A DNA stretch of 27,518 bases. Source: an uncultured Verrucomicrobiae bacterium (GTDB lineage Bacteria > Verrucomicrobiota > Verrucomicrobiia > Limisphaerales > JAFGQR01). The stretch is from positions 1 to 27,518 of the forward strand of contig CAWBHS010000061.1 in NCBI GenBank assembly GCA_963788655.1, in the 5' to 3' direction. A program made the translations under genes and the position numbers. Of the stretch, positions 8,189 through 17,956 are shown one piece after another (position 1 is the first letter of the stretch; every line of letters begins with the position of its first letter). A model generated the notes under the pieces. It did no database searches. It saw only the letters and a list, made by a program, of their open reading frames with translations, and was not told where the DNA came from.

Positions 8189-8422
8189 TTTCTCGCGCCA
8201 ACAACATAACGGTTACCACGGAATGGTCTGCCTTCGCGGGTAGGCCATTTCGTTTGCCGATTCGGTCGGGAACGGCCCCGGTCAACCACCAGCGCAGCGC
8301 CCAACGGGTGGCTTGTTTTGTGCTGAAAATCGGTGTAGAACTATGGATGCCCGGTTAGCTGTTGAGTGGTTACCGGGCAGGTAATTGAATCGAGACGTAT
8401 TTAACGAAAGTAGATCTGTATT

Positions 8423-8861
8423 ATGAGAAAACGAATGTTGGGTCTTTTATCCTTGCTCCTCTTTGGAGGACTGATTTCAGGTGGAATTGCCGTGCAAGCC
8501 GGAGAAAATCCGACGCCGCGGGTCGAAGTCAAGCCGGCACCTCCCGCCAACCGGGTCGCCCGCCCGCAGATGCGTGACCGCATTGACTTTCTGGCCCGTT
8601 ACCTGGGCTTGACGGACGCGCAGAAGGAAAAGATCCGGCCCATCTTCGCCGAAGAAGCCAAACAAATTGCGGACTTGCGCAAAGAAACCACCATGCCTCT
8701 CGAAGAGAAGCGGGCCAAATACAACAAAATCCGCGAAACGACCAACGCCAAGCTCAAAGAAGTACCTGACTCCCGAGCAATGGGAAAAGTACTCCAATCG
8801 CGGCAAGCGTCCAGCGACCCGGCCTGCCGGTTCACCGCCGCCGGTTCGTCCGGCCAAGTAG
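8423..8861 (+). CDS. Second Spy/CpxP-like (LTxxQ) protein, frameshift near 8765
   Basis: Signal peptide; LGLTDAQKEKI. The true C-terminus LTPEQWEKYSNRGKRP...PAK* lies in the frame of ORF 8667..8861. Confidence 0.75.
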
Positions 8862-9238
8862 CGCGGCAGCGAAGCGTTGGCAAGTCTGCGCGGGCAACGC
8901 TTAAGTCCCGCGACACTTCTCGAACTTTCTACGCGCCCTGATCCTCTTGACATGCTCCTGAGGCAGGGCGCGTACCTGCTTGGATGCACTGCGGGTACGG
9001 AGTGATGGGCGATGGGAACAAGACGGTGTGCGCTCCCAGCCGCGCTTGGCCGATCCCCGTTTTATAGGCTTCCCGACGCGCAACTGTTCGGAGGATTATT
9101 TCAGCCGGCTTGGGGAGGGACGCACGCCTCCGTGCAACCCGCGCGTGGAAATCGTCTTCGGGAGGATGGAGCACGGCTGGCTTCGAAACTCATGGCTTTG
9201 GTTCATCAAGAGTCGGACCATTAGTCATGTTTTACGGG

Positions 9239-9492
9239 CAACGTGCTGCCGGCGTCCCGCCGGCAGTAGGGGATGGAACAGCACCTCCGGCTTTTCTCTT
9301 GAACTTGGACTATTGCTCAATGACCAAGGACCAAAGTCCAAGGCCCAGAGAAGGCACAAACGCCAAACCCCAAACCGCGTTGAGAACGCTCGTCTTTGGC
9401 CATTGGGCCTTGGATTTTGGACATTCTCGGGTCATTGGTTCATTGGGCCTTGGGCCATTCCAAACTGCCAGCGGGTTGCCGGCAGCACGTTG
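9239..9492. repeat. REP/MITE-like inverted repeat pair enclosing a heptamer-repeat palindrome
   Basis: Outer arms 9239-9267 and 9464-9492 match 26/29 and belong to the same family as the 14371 array. Inner 9319-9459 consists of 7-mers AATGACC/AAGGACC/AAAGTCC/AAGGCCC and their complements. Confidence 0.75.
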
Positions 9493-9657
9493 GGAGGTGC
9501 CGCCGTTGACGTAGGCCACAACACCTTATTCCCGCACGTTGCTGCGGCCGGTAAGGCCGCGCGCCAGCATTATTTAAGGCAAAGAGCCTGGCCTCGCGCT
9601 GTGCCGGCGCCAAACAGCTTGCCATGAGCCGCGGCGGCGGGTATGCAATCGGGCGTC

Positions 9658-10368
9658 ATGTCCGATCATGTGCGCATCCATGACCTGCCCTTGGAAGATC
9701 GCCCGCGGGAACGCCTGGCCGCCCGCGGCGCCGAGGGCCTTCCCAAACGCGACTTGCTCGCCATCCTGTTGCGCACGGGGACCAAAGGGCATTCGGCCCT
9801 GCACATTGCCGATCAAATTCTTAAACGCTTTGGCAGTCTGCGGGAACTGGCGCTGGCTTCGCTCGAGGACTTACGCACCATCAAAGGCGTGGGCCGCGAC
9901 AAGGCCGTAACCCTGAAGGCCGCGTTCACCCTGGCACGCAAAATGGCCGAGGAACTGCGCGCCGACGCGCCGTTGCTCGACACGCCGGATCGCATTGCCG
10001 CGTTGCTGCGCGACGAAACCCGTGACCACGCCGTGGAAGTCTTCCAGGTCGTGCTGCTCAACACCCGGCGCCGGCTCATCCGCATTGACCGGTTGTCGCA
10101 CGGCACGCTCGATACCCTGCTGGTGCATCCGCGCGACGTGTTCCGATCGGCGATCACCGCCAACGCCGCCGCCATCGTGATTGTTCACAATCATCCCAGC
10201 GGCGACCCGACCCCGTCCGAGGCCGACATCAAAGTCACCCGCGACCTGATTCGCGCCGGGCAGTTGTTGAAAATCGACGTGCTCGATCACGTCATCATTG
10301 GCCAGGCCACCCAAGAACGGCCGCGGGATTATGTGTCCCTGCGGGAACTTGGTTATTTCTATTCATGA
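9658..10368 (+). CDS. radC: RadC/UPF0758 JAB-domain protein
   Basis: RPRERL N-terminus, HhH IKGVG, VHPRDVF, HNHPSGDPTPSEAD, VLDHVIIG. Confidence 0.95.
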   Translation: MSDHVRIHDLPLEDRPRERLAARGAEGLPKRDLLAILLRTGTKGHSALHIADQILKRFGSLRELALASLEDLRTIKGVGRDKAVTLKAAFTLARKMAEELRADAPLLDTPDRIAALLRDETRDHAVEVFQVVLLNTRRRLIRIDRLSHGTLDTLLVHPRDVFRSAITANAAAIVIVHNHPSGDPTPSEADIKVTRDLIRAGQLLKIDVLDHVIIGQATQERPRDYVSLRELGYFYS

Positions 10369-11171
10369 TCCATCCCACCGCTGTCATCGATCCCACCGCT
10401 CAACTTGATCCGACCGTCAAAGTCGGACCTTATGCCGTCATCGACGCCGGGGTTCACGTGGGGTCGCAATGTGTCATTGGCCCGTATGTCTTCCTGACCG
10501 GCCAGACCACCATCGGCGAACGCAATCGGTTCCATGCCGGCTGCGTGATTGGAGACGCGCCGCAGGACTTGAAATACGAAGGTGAGCCGACCGGACTCCG
10601 CATTGGGAACGACAACGTGTTTCGGGAGCACGTCACCGTGCATCGCTCCAGCAAGGCGGGGGAGGAAACGGTGATTGGTTCGCACAACTACCTGATGCAA
10701 CACAGCCACGTGGCCCACAATGTCAACCTCGGTAACCAAGTCATTCTGGCCGGAGGCGCGTTGCTGGCGGGCTACGTGGAAGTTGCCGATCGCGCGTTCA
10801 TCTCCGGCAACTGCCTGGTGCATCAGTTCGTACGCGTGGGAACACTGGCCATGATGCAAGGCGGTTCCGCCATCAGCAAAGATCTTCCGCCGTTCACCAT
10901 GGCGCGAGGCCACAATGGAATGTGCGGTTTGAATATTGTGGGCTTGCGCCGGGTTGGTTTCAGTAGTGCCGAACGCCTGGAACTCAAACGGCTGTATCAC
11001 ACGCTGTTTCGGAGCGGGCAAATATTGCGCCAAGCGATGGCCGCTGCCCAAGGCCAGTTCCCCAGTGAACCCGCCCAAGTGCTACTGACGTTTGTGGCCT
11101 CCGCCAAGCGCGGCCTTTGCGCCGATACCGGGCAAGCAGTGGGAAGAGAAACTGCGGCCCCGGAAGAATAG
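10365..11171 (+). CDS. lpxA: Acyl-ACP--UDP-N-acetylglucosamine O-acyltransferase
   Basis: MIHPTAVID hexapeptide repeats, PQDLKYEGE, SHVAHN, VHQFVRVG, GLNIVGLRR; ATGA overlap with radC. Confidence 0.93.
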   Translation: MIHPTAVIDPTAQLDPTVKVGPYAVIDAGVHVGSQCVIGPYVFLTGQTTIGERNRFHAGCVIGDAPQDLKYEGEPTGLRIGNDNVFREHVTVHRSSKAGEETVIGSHNYLMQHSHVAHNVNLGNQVILAGGALLAGYVEVADRAFISGNCLVHQFVRVGTLAMMQGGSAISKDLPPFTMARGHNGMCGLNIVGLRRVGFSSAERLELKRLYHTLFRSGQILRQAMAAAQGQFPSEPAQVLLTFVASAKRGLCADTGQAVGRETAAPEE

Positions 11172-11213
11172 CCCTCGAACTTGGTGCCGAGGGAAAGGGA
11201 ACCATTGGCGCAG

Positions 11214-11331
11214 GTAGGACAGTGCGTCTCGCCTGTCCCGAACCGCCCCATGGCGCCCATTGTTTCAATGAATGTTCAGTAGCTAACGAGCGCCCCTTGG
11301 CCATTCGGGACAGCCGGGACGGCTGTCCTAC
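11214..11331. repeat. GTAG-type REP doublet between convergent lpxA and murA
   Basis: GTAGGACAGTGCGTCTCGCCTGTCCCGAA (11214-11242) is inverted relative to TTCGGGACAGCCGGGACGGCTGTCCTAC (11304-11331). Confidence 0.75.
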
Positions 11332-11418
11332 TTTGGGGCTACGGCGTGAGTGGCGCGACTTGACGTCACCGTGGCAATTCAGGCGCCAACCATCTGCGGA
11401 CAAAGCACGGCTGCCGAG

Positions 11419-12678
11419 CTACTCCGCAACCCGTTGAATCCGGGCGCCGAGTTTACGCAGTTTCAGGTCAATCTTCTCGTAACCGCGGTCCAAGTGGTAG
11501 ATGCGGTTGACTTGGGTGGCGCCCTCGGCCGCCATGCCGCCGATAAGCAGCGCGGCGGAGGCCCGCAGATCGCTGGCCATGATGGGCGCGCCGCTCAATT
11601 TCTTGACGCCCTTCACAATGGCGCTCGGGCCTTCGATGGAAATTTCCGCGCCCAACCGGGACAGTTCGCTGACGTGCATGAACCGGGATTCGTAGATGCG
11701 TTCGGTGATGATGCTGATGCCTGGAGTGAGCGTCATCAGCGCCATCATCTGGGCCTGCACGTCGGTGGGAAAACCCGCATACGGTTGGGTGGTGATGTCC
11801 ACCGGCTTCAACCGCCCGCCGCGGCTGGCCGTCAGTGTGAAGCCCGTGCGTTTGATCTTCGCTCCCGCCTCGCGCAGCTTGTCCAGCACCGCGCTCATGT
11901 GATCGGGCCGCGAGCCAAGAATCGTCACCTCCCCATTGGTGGCGGCGGCCGCAATGGCATACGTGGCGGCTTCAATGCGGTCAGGGATCAGTTCGTGTTC
12001 CGTGCCGTGCAGTTGCTTGACGCCGTTAATGGTGATGGTAGGACTGCCGGCGCCGACGATGTTGGCGCCCATCTTTTGGAGGAAGTAAGCCAGATCAACG
12101 ATCTCCGGTTCGCACGCGGCGCTCTCAATGGTGGTCACGCCTTCGGCCAGCACGGCGGCCATCATGACATTGGCCGTGCCGAGGACGGTGGGTCCCGAGC
12201 GGCCCCCCAGGAAGATTTCAGTGCCAATCATCTTGGGCGCCTTGGCGTGAATATAACCGGCGTCGATGGTGACTTTGGCGCCCAAGTCCCGCATGCCTTT
12301 CAGGTGCAGATCAATGGGCCGTGATCCAATGACACAGCCGCCCGGCAGCGAGACGGTGGCCTGGTGCTGTCGGCCCAGCAAGGGCCCCAGGATGCAAATT
12401 GAACCGCGCATCCGGCGGATCAGTTCATAGTCGCCCACTGGCTTCAGCTTGTGCGCGCGCACCGTCACTGTGTCACCCTCGAACGTGGCTTTCGCTCCGA
12501 GGGAAGTAAGTATTCGCGTCATGAACCGCGTGTCGCTCAGGTCCGGCATGCGCCGGATGACGCACGGCTCGTCCGTCAACAAGGTGGCGGCCATGATGGG
12601 CAGGGCGGCGTTCTTGGCGCCGCTGACGGTGACTTCTCCGTGTAGCGGCACGCCGCCTTTGATCAATAGACTATCCAT
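11419..12678 (-). CDS. murA: UDP-N-acetylglucosamine 1-carboxyvinyltransferase
   Basis: SGAKNAALP, LPGGCVIGSRPIDLH, IPDRIEA, GFPTDVQAQ, DLRASAAL, HLDRGYE. Confidence 0.97.
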   Translation of the reverse strand: MDSLLIKGGVPLHGEVTVSGAKNAALPIMAATLLTDEPCVIRRMPDLSDTRFMTRILTSLGAKATFEGDTVTVRAHKLKPVGDYELIRRMRGSICILGPLLGRQHQATVSLPGGCVIGSRPIDLHLKGMRDLGAKVTIDAGYIHAKAPKMIGTEIFLGGRSGPTVLGTANVMMAAVLAEGVTTIESAACEPEIVDLAYFLQKMGANIVGAGSPTITINGVKQLHGTEHELIPDRIEAATYAIAAAATNGEVTILGSRPDHMSAVLDKLREAGAKIKRTGFTLTASRGGRLKPVDITTQPYAGFPTDVQAQMMALMTLTPGISIITERIYESRFMHVSELSRLGAEISIEGPSAIVKGVKKLSGAPIMASDLRASAALLIGGMAAEGATQVNRIYHLDRGYEKIDLKLRKLGARIQRVAE

Positions 12679-12794
12679 GCAACAACGTCTTTTATGGGAC
12701 CAGTCCCTGTTGAGGATCAACCGCCAACCGGATGGTTGCGCCGATTGAACCGGACAGGGTGCGCTTCCGAATTCAGTGCGAGGTCCGCGCCCGC

Positions 12795-13653
12795 TTAACG
12801 CTTGGGGACTGCGGCCAGTAATCTCAAGCGCCCACTGTAGTCAGCCTCGATCGATTCCACAATCCAGTTTTGGGCTTCGAACATTTCCCGCAGCGCCGCC
12901 GACTGGCCATCGCCAAACTCGACTAATAGCCGTCCCCGCTCTGTGAGGCGCGCCGGGGCGTCCGCCGCCAGGCGCCGATAGAAGTCCAGGCCATCGGGGC
13001 CGCCGTCCAATGCCAACCGCGGATCGTAATCCCGCACCTCCGGTTGCAACGTGGCAATCTCGGCGGTGGGAATGTAGGGCGGATTACTTACCATCAAGTC
13101 GAACCGCAAGTCTGCAGGCACGGCGGCCAAAGTGTCGCCCGTGTAAAAACTGGATTCTACCCGCCGCGTTGTGCCGTTCGGCATTGCGGCGGGCCACGGC
13201 CAACGCCTCATCGGAAACATCCACAGCATATATCCGGGCGGCCGGACATTTGGCCGCCATCGCAATCGCGAGACAACCGCTGCCGGTGCCGAAATCCAGC
13301 GCGATCGGTGGTGGCGCCGTCATCCGCGCCAGATGTTCCCAAGCCCGTTCGGCGAGCAGTTCCGTTTCTGGCCGCGGCACCAGCACCCGCCCATCCACTT
13401 CCAGTTCGAAACCGCAGAACGACACGGTTCCCAGGATGTGCTGCAAGGGTTCCCGTTGGCCACGACGTTTGACCAGTTGCCGCAGTTGCTCCAATTCCGG
13501 CTCCGTCAACATCCGGTCAAAGTTCAGATACAGTTTCAACCGGGGCAATTGGAGGATGTGAGCCAGCAACAGCTCGACTTGAAGCCGCGGGGAGTCCACT
13601 CCCTTGCGCGCCAGGAACTCGCTGCTCCGCTGAATCACGTCCACAACTGTCAC
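12795..13653 (-). CDS. prmC: Release factor glutamine methyltransferase, frameshift near 13139
   Basis: RRGQREPLQHILG, VLVPRPETE, DFGTGSGCLAI in one frame; VSNPPYIP and ALDGGPDGLDFYR in the next. Confidence 0.92.
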
Positions 13654-13742
13654 GGCGCTAAGGTAGGTAACCCCGGCGAACTGCAAAGCGAAAAATCACC
13701 TTTGCCTTGCAGGGTTTTGAGCCGGCTCCTATGTTTCCCCCC

Positions 13743-14354
13743 ATGAAATGGCAAATCTTACTCAGCAGCTTGTTGGTGTGTTTCGCCACGACGATCCTCC
13801 ATGCCCAGCAACCGCCGACGCGACAGGACTCCCTGGTGGCCTTAGCCGAACGGCAGCAATGGGACGAGCGGTTCACGGCTATGAACACGCGGGTCGAGAA
13901 ACTGGAGGAAGCCATTCAGACCTACCAGCAACAGATGCACAAGATGGCGGAGGAGATTCATTCGCTGCGCGAAGAAATCTCCCGGTTGAGCGGCAACAAC
14001 GGCGCCAACGCCGCCACCCAAAGGAACCTGGACAGTCTCACCGACGCCATCAAGGAAGTGGACCGCAAGCGGCTGGCTGACCATGAAAGCGTGATGAAGG
14101 CGCTGGAGAATTTGCGCAAAGGAGTTATCAACCAACCGGTGATCACGCCACGTGCCTCCGCGTCTTCAGCGAGATCTGGATCTGAAAAGGGCTTCGACTA
14201 CACCGTCCAATCCGGCGACAATTCCTTAAGAATCGCAGAGAAGCTCAAGCTAAACGGTATCGACGTCACGCCCAAACAGATTGTGGATGCCAATCCCGAC
14301 GTGGTTTGGACCAAGCTGCAGATCGGGCAGAAGGTATTCATCCCGGCCCGCTGA
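13743..14354 (+). CDS. Secreted coiled-coil protein with a C-terminal LysM domain
   Basis: Signal peptide, heptad coiled coil, YTVQSGDNSLRIA...IVDANP...LQIGQKVFIP. Confidence 0.88.
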   Translation: MKWQILLSSLLVCFATTILHAQQPPTRQDSLVALAERQQWDERFTAMNTRVEKLEEAIQTYQQQMHKMAEEIHSLREEISRLSGNNGANAATQRNLDSLTDAIKEVDRKRLADHESVMKALENLRKGVINQPVITPRASASSARSGSEKGFDYTVQSGDNSLRIAEKLKLNGIDVTPKQIVDANPDVVWTKLQIGQKVFIPAR

Positions 14355-14370
14355 GCGCAGCAACAGGAAA

Positions 14371-14984
14371 CGTGCTGCCAGCCTCCCGCCGGCAGCAACG
14401 AAAGCACGAGGAACATCCGAACCGATACCGACTTCCGAGGCGCTTGGTGCGCTCGCCGTTGCTTGGCAATTCGTGGCGTCTTCTTCCGTTCGGTCTGCCG
14501 GCAAGATGCCGGCAGCACGTTGTAGCGTGCTGCTGGCGTCCCGCCGGCAGAAACGGAAGCACGAGGAACATCCGAACTGATACCGACTTCCGAGGCGCTT
14601 GGTGCGCTCGACGTTTCCTGGCAATTCGTGGCGTCTTCTTCCGTTCGGTCTGCCGGCAAGATGCCGGCAGCACGTTGGTCAGCGTGCTGCTGGCGTCCCG
14701 CCGGCAGAAACGGAAGCACGAGGAACATGCGAACTGATACCGACTTCCGAGGCGCTTGGTGCGCTCGACGTTTCCCGGCAATTCGTGGCGTCTTCTTCCG
14801 TTCGGTCGGCCGGCAAGATGCCGGCAGCACGTTGGTAGCGTGCTGCTGGCGTCCCGCCGGCAGAAACGGAAGCACGAGGAACATGCGAACCGATACCGAC
14901 TTCTGAGGCGCTTGGTGCGCTCGACGTTTCCCGGCAATTCGTGACGTTCTTCGTTCGGTCTGCCGGCAAGATGCCGGCAGCACG
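14371..14984. repeat. Tandem array of four REP/MITE-like palindromic units (BIME-like)
   Basis: Units 14371-14519, 14526-14674, 14683-14831 and 14839-14984 are near-identical. Each is bounded by CGTGCTGCYRGC..CCGGCAG / CTGCCGGCAAGATGCCGGCAGCACG. Confidence 0.92.
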
Positions 14985-15210
14985 TTGGGCTGACAAAACT
15001 TCCTATGGCCAAGAGCTTGCCGAAGGAATTCTGATCCAAGTTTGAACCTTTTCCTCCTTTTTGCGCTCAATGGTATAAGAGGCGGGATGACGGAAAACAA
15101 TTTGTCATCCAACCCCGGCGGCATTGGGCCGACAACTCTGACAGTTGTTCCGACCAGCAGTAATCCTGCACCTTTTTGGGCGCCGCGATTGGATTTGGTT
15201 TTGATGTATT

Positions 15211-15624
15211 ATGCGTGAAATTGCGATTTATTCAGCGATAGGACTTTGGTTCTTGGTAGTGCTTGTTTTCTCTGTGGTGACGATCCGGTATCGGATCACG
15301 AAGTGCCATTTGGTTATTTCCTGGTTGGGCATCCCGGTTCGGTGGATGCGGTTGAAGAACATCAAACAAATCACGGTTCAACGCATCTTTTGGGCGGAAA
15401 AATGGTTTAACTCATTGAGCCCCGGCAATCGTTACCTGCTGATCGAAAAGAACTTTGGTTTATTGTTCAAGAACATGGCCATCACGCCCAAGAACCACAT
15501 GGTCTTCAAAGCCGAGTTGGAGCGGGCGCGCCGGCTGCTGGACAATGTTACGGTCAGTGCGGCCATGGAGGAATCAATGAATCCGGTTCCGGAAGCCCCC
15601 GCCTCCTCACCGTTGGTCCGATAG
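15211..15624 (+). CDS. Hypothetical membrane-anchored protein (possible bacterial PH-like domain)
   Basis: N-terminal TM helix followed by YRITKCHLVISWLG..LKNIKQI..ITPKN. Confidence 0.65.
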   Translation: MREIAIYSAIGLWFLVVLVFSVVTIRYRITKCHLVISWLGIPVRWMRLKNIKQITVQRIFWAEKWFNSLSPGNRYLLIEKNFGLLFKNMAITPKNHMVFKAELERARRLLDNVTVSAAMEESMNPVPEAPASSPLVR

Positions 15625-15726
15625 CCGTGGGTTGTTTGGTCAAGGGCCACCGCCGGCGCGTTCCCGAAGTTTTAACCAATTAACACTTGTCAAACGGTAC
15701 GTGTTTGCTAGGTTTCCCAGCCTTTT

Positions 15727-15978
15727 ATGAAAGCTGACATTCATCCGAAATATCAGGACGCGGAAATCCGTTGTGCGTGCGGCAACGTGATCCAGACGCG
15801 TTCGACCAAACGGGAAATCGTGGTGGGCATCTGCAACATGTGCCACCCGTTTTACACCGGCCAACAGAAATTCGTCGATACGGCCGGGCGCGTGGATAAA
15901 TTCCAGCAGCGGATGGCCAAGACCAAAGCGGCGCAAGCTGCCCTGGCCGCCGCCAGTTCGAAGAAGAAACGCGCGTAG
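15727..15978 (+). CDS. rpmE: 50S ribosomal protein L31, zinc-binding type
   Basis: [13 protein letters not shown] and [24 protein letters not shown]. Confidence 0.97.
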   Translation: MKADIHPKYQDAEIRCACGNVIQTRSTKREIVVGICNMCHPFYTGQQKFVDTAGRVDKFQQRMAKTKAAQAALAAASSKKKRA

Positions 15979-15989
15979 CTGATTTTTGC

Positions 15990-16034
15990 CAATCCGCCCG
16001 CCGAGGTTGCCGCCTGGCGGGCGGATTGCTTTTT
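15990..16034 (+). terminator. Intrinsic terminator after rpmE
   Basis: 13-bp stem CAATCCGCCCGCC/GGCGGGCGGATTG followed by CTTTTT. Confidence 0.7.
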
Positions 16035-16041
16035 AGTGGCC

Positions 16042-17121
16042 ATGGATTTGCGCCCCTACCTTGAAAAGTTCGCCCAGCGTATGGCGGAAGTCGAAGCCGC
16101 GTTGAGTGATCCCGCGGTGTTCAACAATCCCAAACGGGCCCAGGAACTCTCCCGCGAGTATTCCCGGTTGAAAGAACTGGTTGCCAGCGGCTCGGCGCAC
16201 ACCAAAGTCGCCGCCGACCTGGAGGACAATCGGGCCTTGCTCCACAGCGAACCCGCCGGTTCCGAACTGGCCGAGATGGCCCAGGAGGAAGTCACCCGGC
16301 TCGAGGCTGAAGAGAAACGGCTGGCGCTGGCGCTACAGCTCGGCCTCGTGCCGCCCGACCCCGCCGATTCGCGCAACACGATCATCGAAATCCGTGCCGG
16401 CACCGGCGGACAGGAATCGGCGTTGTTCGCGGCGGACCTGTTTCGGATGTACACGCGCTACGCCGAAGCCCAGGACTGGAAGGTCGAAACCCTGGATTCC
16501 AGCCCCTCCGATCTGGGCGGGTTCAAGGAGATCGTTTTTACCGTGACTGGTTCCGATGTTTACAAACGCCTCAAATATGAAAGCGGCGTTCACCGGGTCC
16601 AGCGAGTGCCGGCCACCGAGGCTCAGGGGCGGGTTCACACCAGCACCGCCACCGTCGCAGTCCTGCCGGAAGCCGAGGAAGTGGATATTGAAATCAAACC
16701 GGAGGAATTGGAGATCACCGTTTGCCGCGCCTCCGGCCCGGGTGGCCAGGGGGTCAACACGACTGATTCGGCGGTTCAAATCCAGCACAAACCCTCCGGC
16801 CTGATTGTGCGTTGTGCGGACCAGCGGTCCCAGTTGAAGAACAAAGCCCGCGCGCTCACCGTCCTCCGATCGCGCCTGCTCGAACAAAAGACCGCGGAAG
16901 AAAACGCCAAATACGCGGCGCAACGCAAAGCCCAGGTGGGCACCGGCGAGCGCAGCGAAAAGATCCGAACCTACAACTTCCCTGAGAACCGGATCACCGA
17001 TCACCGAATCAAGCTGACGCTTTACAACTTGCAGAACATCATCGAAGGCGACCTGACTCCGCTGATCGATCCGCTCATCGCCAATGACCTGGAAGAACGC
17101 TTGAAGACGCTGCAACAATGA
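16042..17121 (+). CDS. prfA: Peptide chain release factor 1
   Basis: EIRAGTGGQE, LKYESGVHRVQRVPATE (PAT motif), GPGGQGVNTTDSAV, RSEKIRTYNFP. Confidence 0.97.
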   Translation: MDLRPYLEKFAQRMAEVEAALSDPAVFNNPKRAQELSREYSRLKELVASGSAHTKVAADLEDNRALLHSEPAGSELAEMAQEEVTRLEAEEKRLALALQLGLVPPDPADSRNTIIEIRAGTGGQESALFAADLFRMYTRYAEAQDWKVETLDSSPSDLGGFKEIVFTVTGSDVYKRLKYESGVHRVQRVPATEAQGRVHTSTATVAVLPEAEEVDIEIKPEELEITVCRASGPGGQGVNTTDSAVQIQHKPSGLIVRCADQRSQLKNKARALTVLRSRLLEQKTAEENAKYAAQRKAQVGTGERSEKIRTYNFPENRITDHRIKLTLYNLQNIIEGDLTPLIDPLIANDLEERLKTLQQ

Positions 17122-17747
17122 GTTCAGCCAAGTCCATTGCTTCTGAAAGCCAGTCCCTGGCGAACTCCCCGAGGTCCATCCGCGGTTTGATTTTCGATTG
17201 CGACGGCACGCTGGCGGACACCATGCCGTTGCATTGGCAAGCCTGGCAGCAAGTGATGCCCCGGCACGGATTTCAACTGACCGAAGAACGTTTCTACGCG
17301 CTCGGGGGTGTGCCCTCGCGTGACATTCTGGCCATGCTCAAACAGGAACAAGGGCTGTCGTTGGAACCCTTGGTCGTGGCGAAGGAGAAGGAGCGGGTCT
17401 ATCTCGACGTGTTGGCGCACGTCGGCCCGATTGAAACCGTGGTGCGGATTGCGCAGGAACACTTCGGTAAAATTCCCCTGGCCGTTGCCTCCGGCGGCAC
17501 TGGACATGTGATCGAAAAGGTGCTCGGGCATTTGGGGATTCGCCATTTATTCGACGCCATTGTCACCAGTGAAGACGTGCGCCACCAGAAACCGGCGCCC
17601 GACATTTTCCTCGAAGCCGCCCGGCGCCTGCACGTGCCGCCCGAAGAATGCCGGGCCTATGAGGACACCGAACTCGGCTTGCAGGCCATTCGGGCCGCAG
17701 GAATGGAGGCGGTGGATGTGCGCGAACTGCTCAAAGCTCTCCCCTGA
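17118..17747 (+). CDS. HAD-superfamily phosphatase (YqaB/beta-PGM-like)
   Basis: LIFDCDGTLADT, AVASGG, KPAPDIF, YEDTELG. Confidence 0.9.
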   Translation: MSSAKSIASESQSLANSPRSIRGLIFDCDGTLADTMPLHWQAWQQVMPRHGFQLTEERFYALGGVPSRDILAMLKQEQGLSLEPLVVAKEKERVYLDVLAHVGPIETVVRIAQEHFGKIPLAVASGGTGHVIEKVLGHLGIRHLFDAIVTSEDVRHQKPAPDIFLEAARRLHVPPEECRAYEDTELGLQAIRAAGMEAVDVRELLKALP

Positions 17748-17956
17748 TGTTTGCCGATCGCGGAGCAGCCGCAACCAAACACAGTGCGTATTTGCAAGGT
17801 CTGAATCGTGAGGCCGACATGGTGCCGGGTTTGCCCGGTCGCAGGGAAGTGGCCTTGGAAGCCAATCCCGAACTTGGCACGGTTTGCCATTCTTGCGCCC
17901 AATCTTGAAATTTCAATTGCGGCCAAACCCATCTCCGGCCTCTTCACCTCCCCGCT

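Noticed and set aside
9658..10368. radC as mobile-element anti-restriction cargo
   Set aside because: It is the full-length chromosomal type with HhH, coupled to lpxA and outside the island.
11419..12678. Fosfomycin-resistant MurA variant
   Set aside because: The active-site cysteine is retained (LPGGCVIG).
12795..13653. Programmed frameshifting or true pseudogenes in prmC, argD and fkp
   Set aside because: No slippery sites were seen, and the same indel pattern affects many unrelated genes, which points to sequencing error.
14371..14984. CRISPR array, or repeat-protein ORFs (14198..15124, 14338..15039 etc.)
   Set aside because: The interiors are near-identical rather than unique spacers, the unit is about 156 bp and no cas genes are present. 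ORFs in several frames are by-products of a GC-rich repeat.
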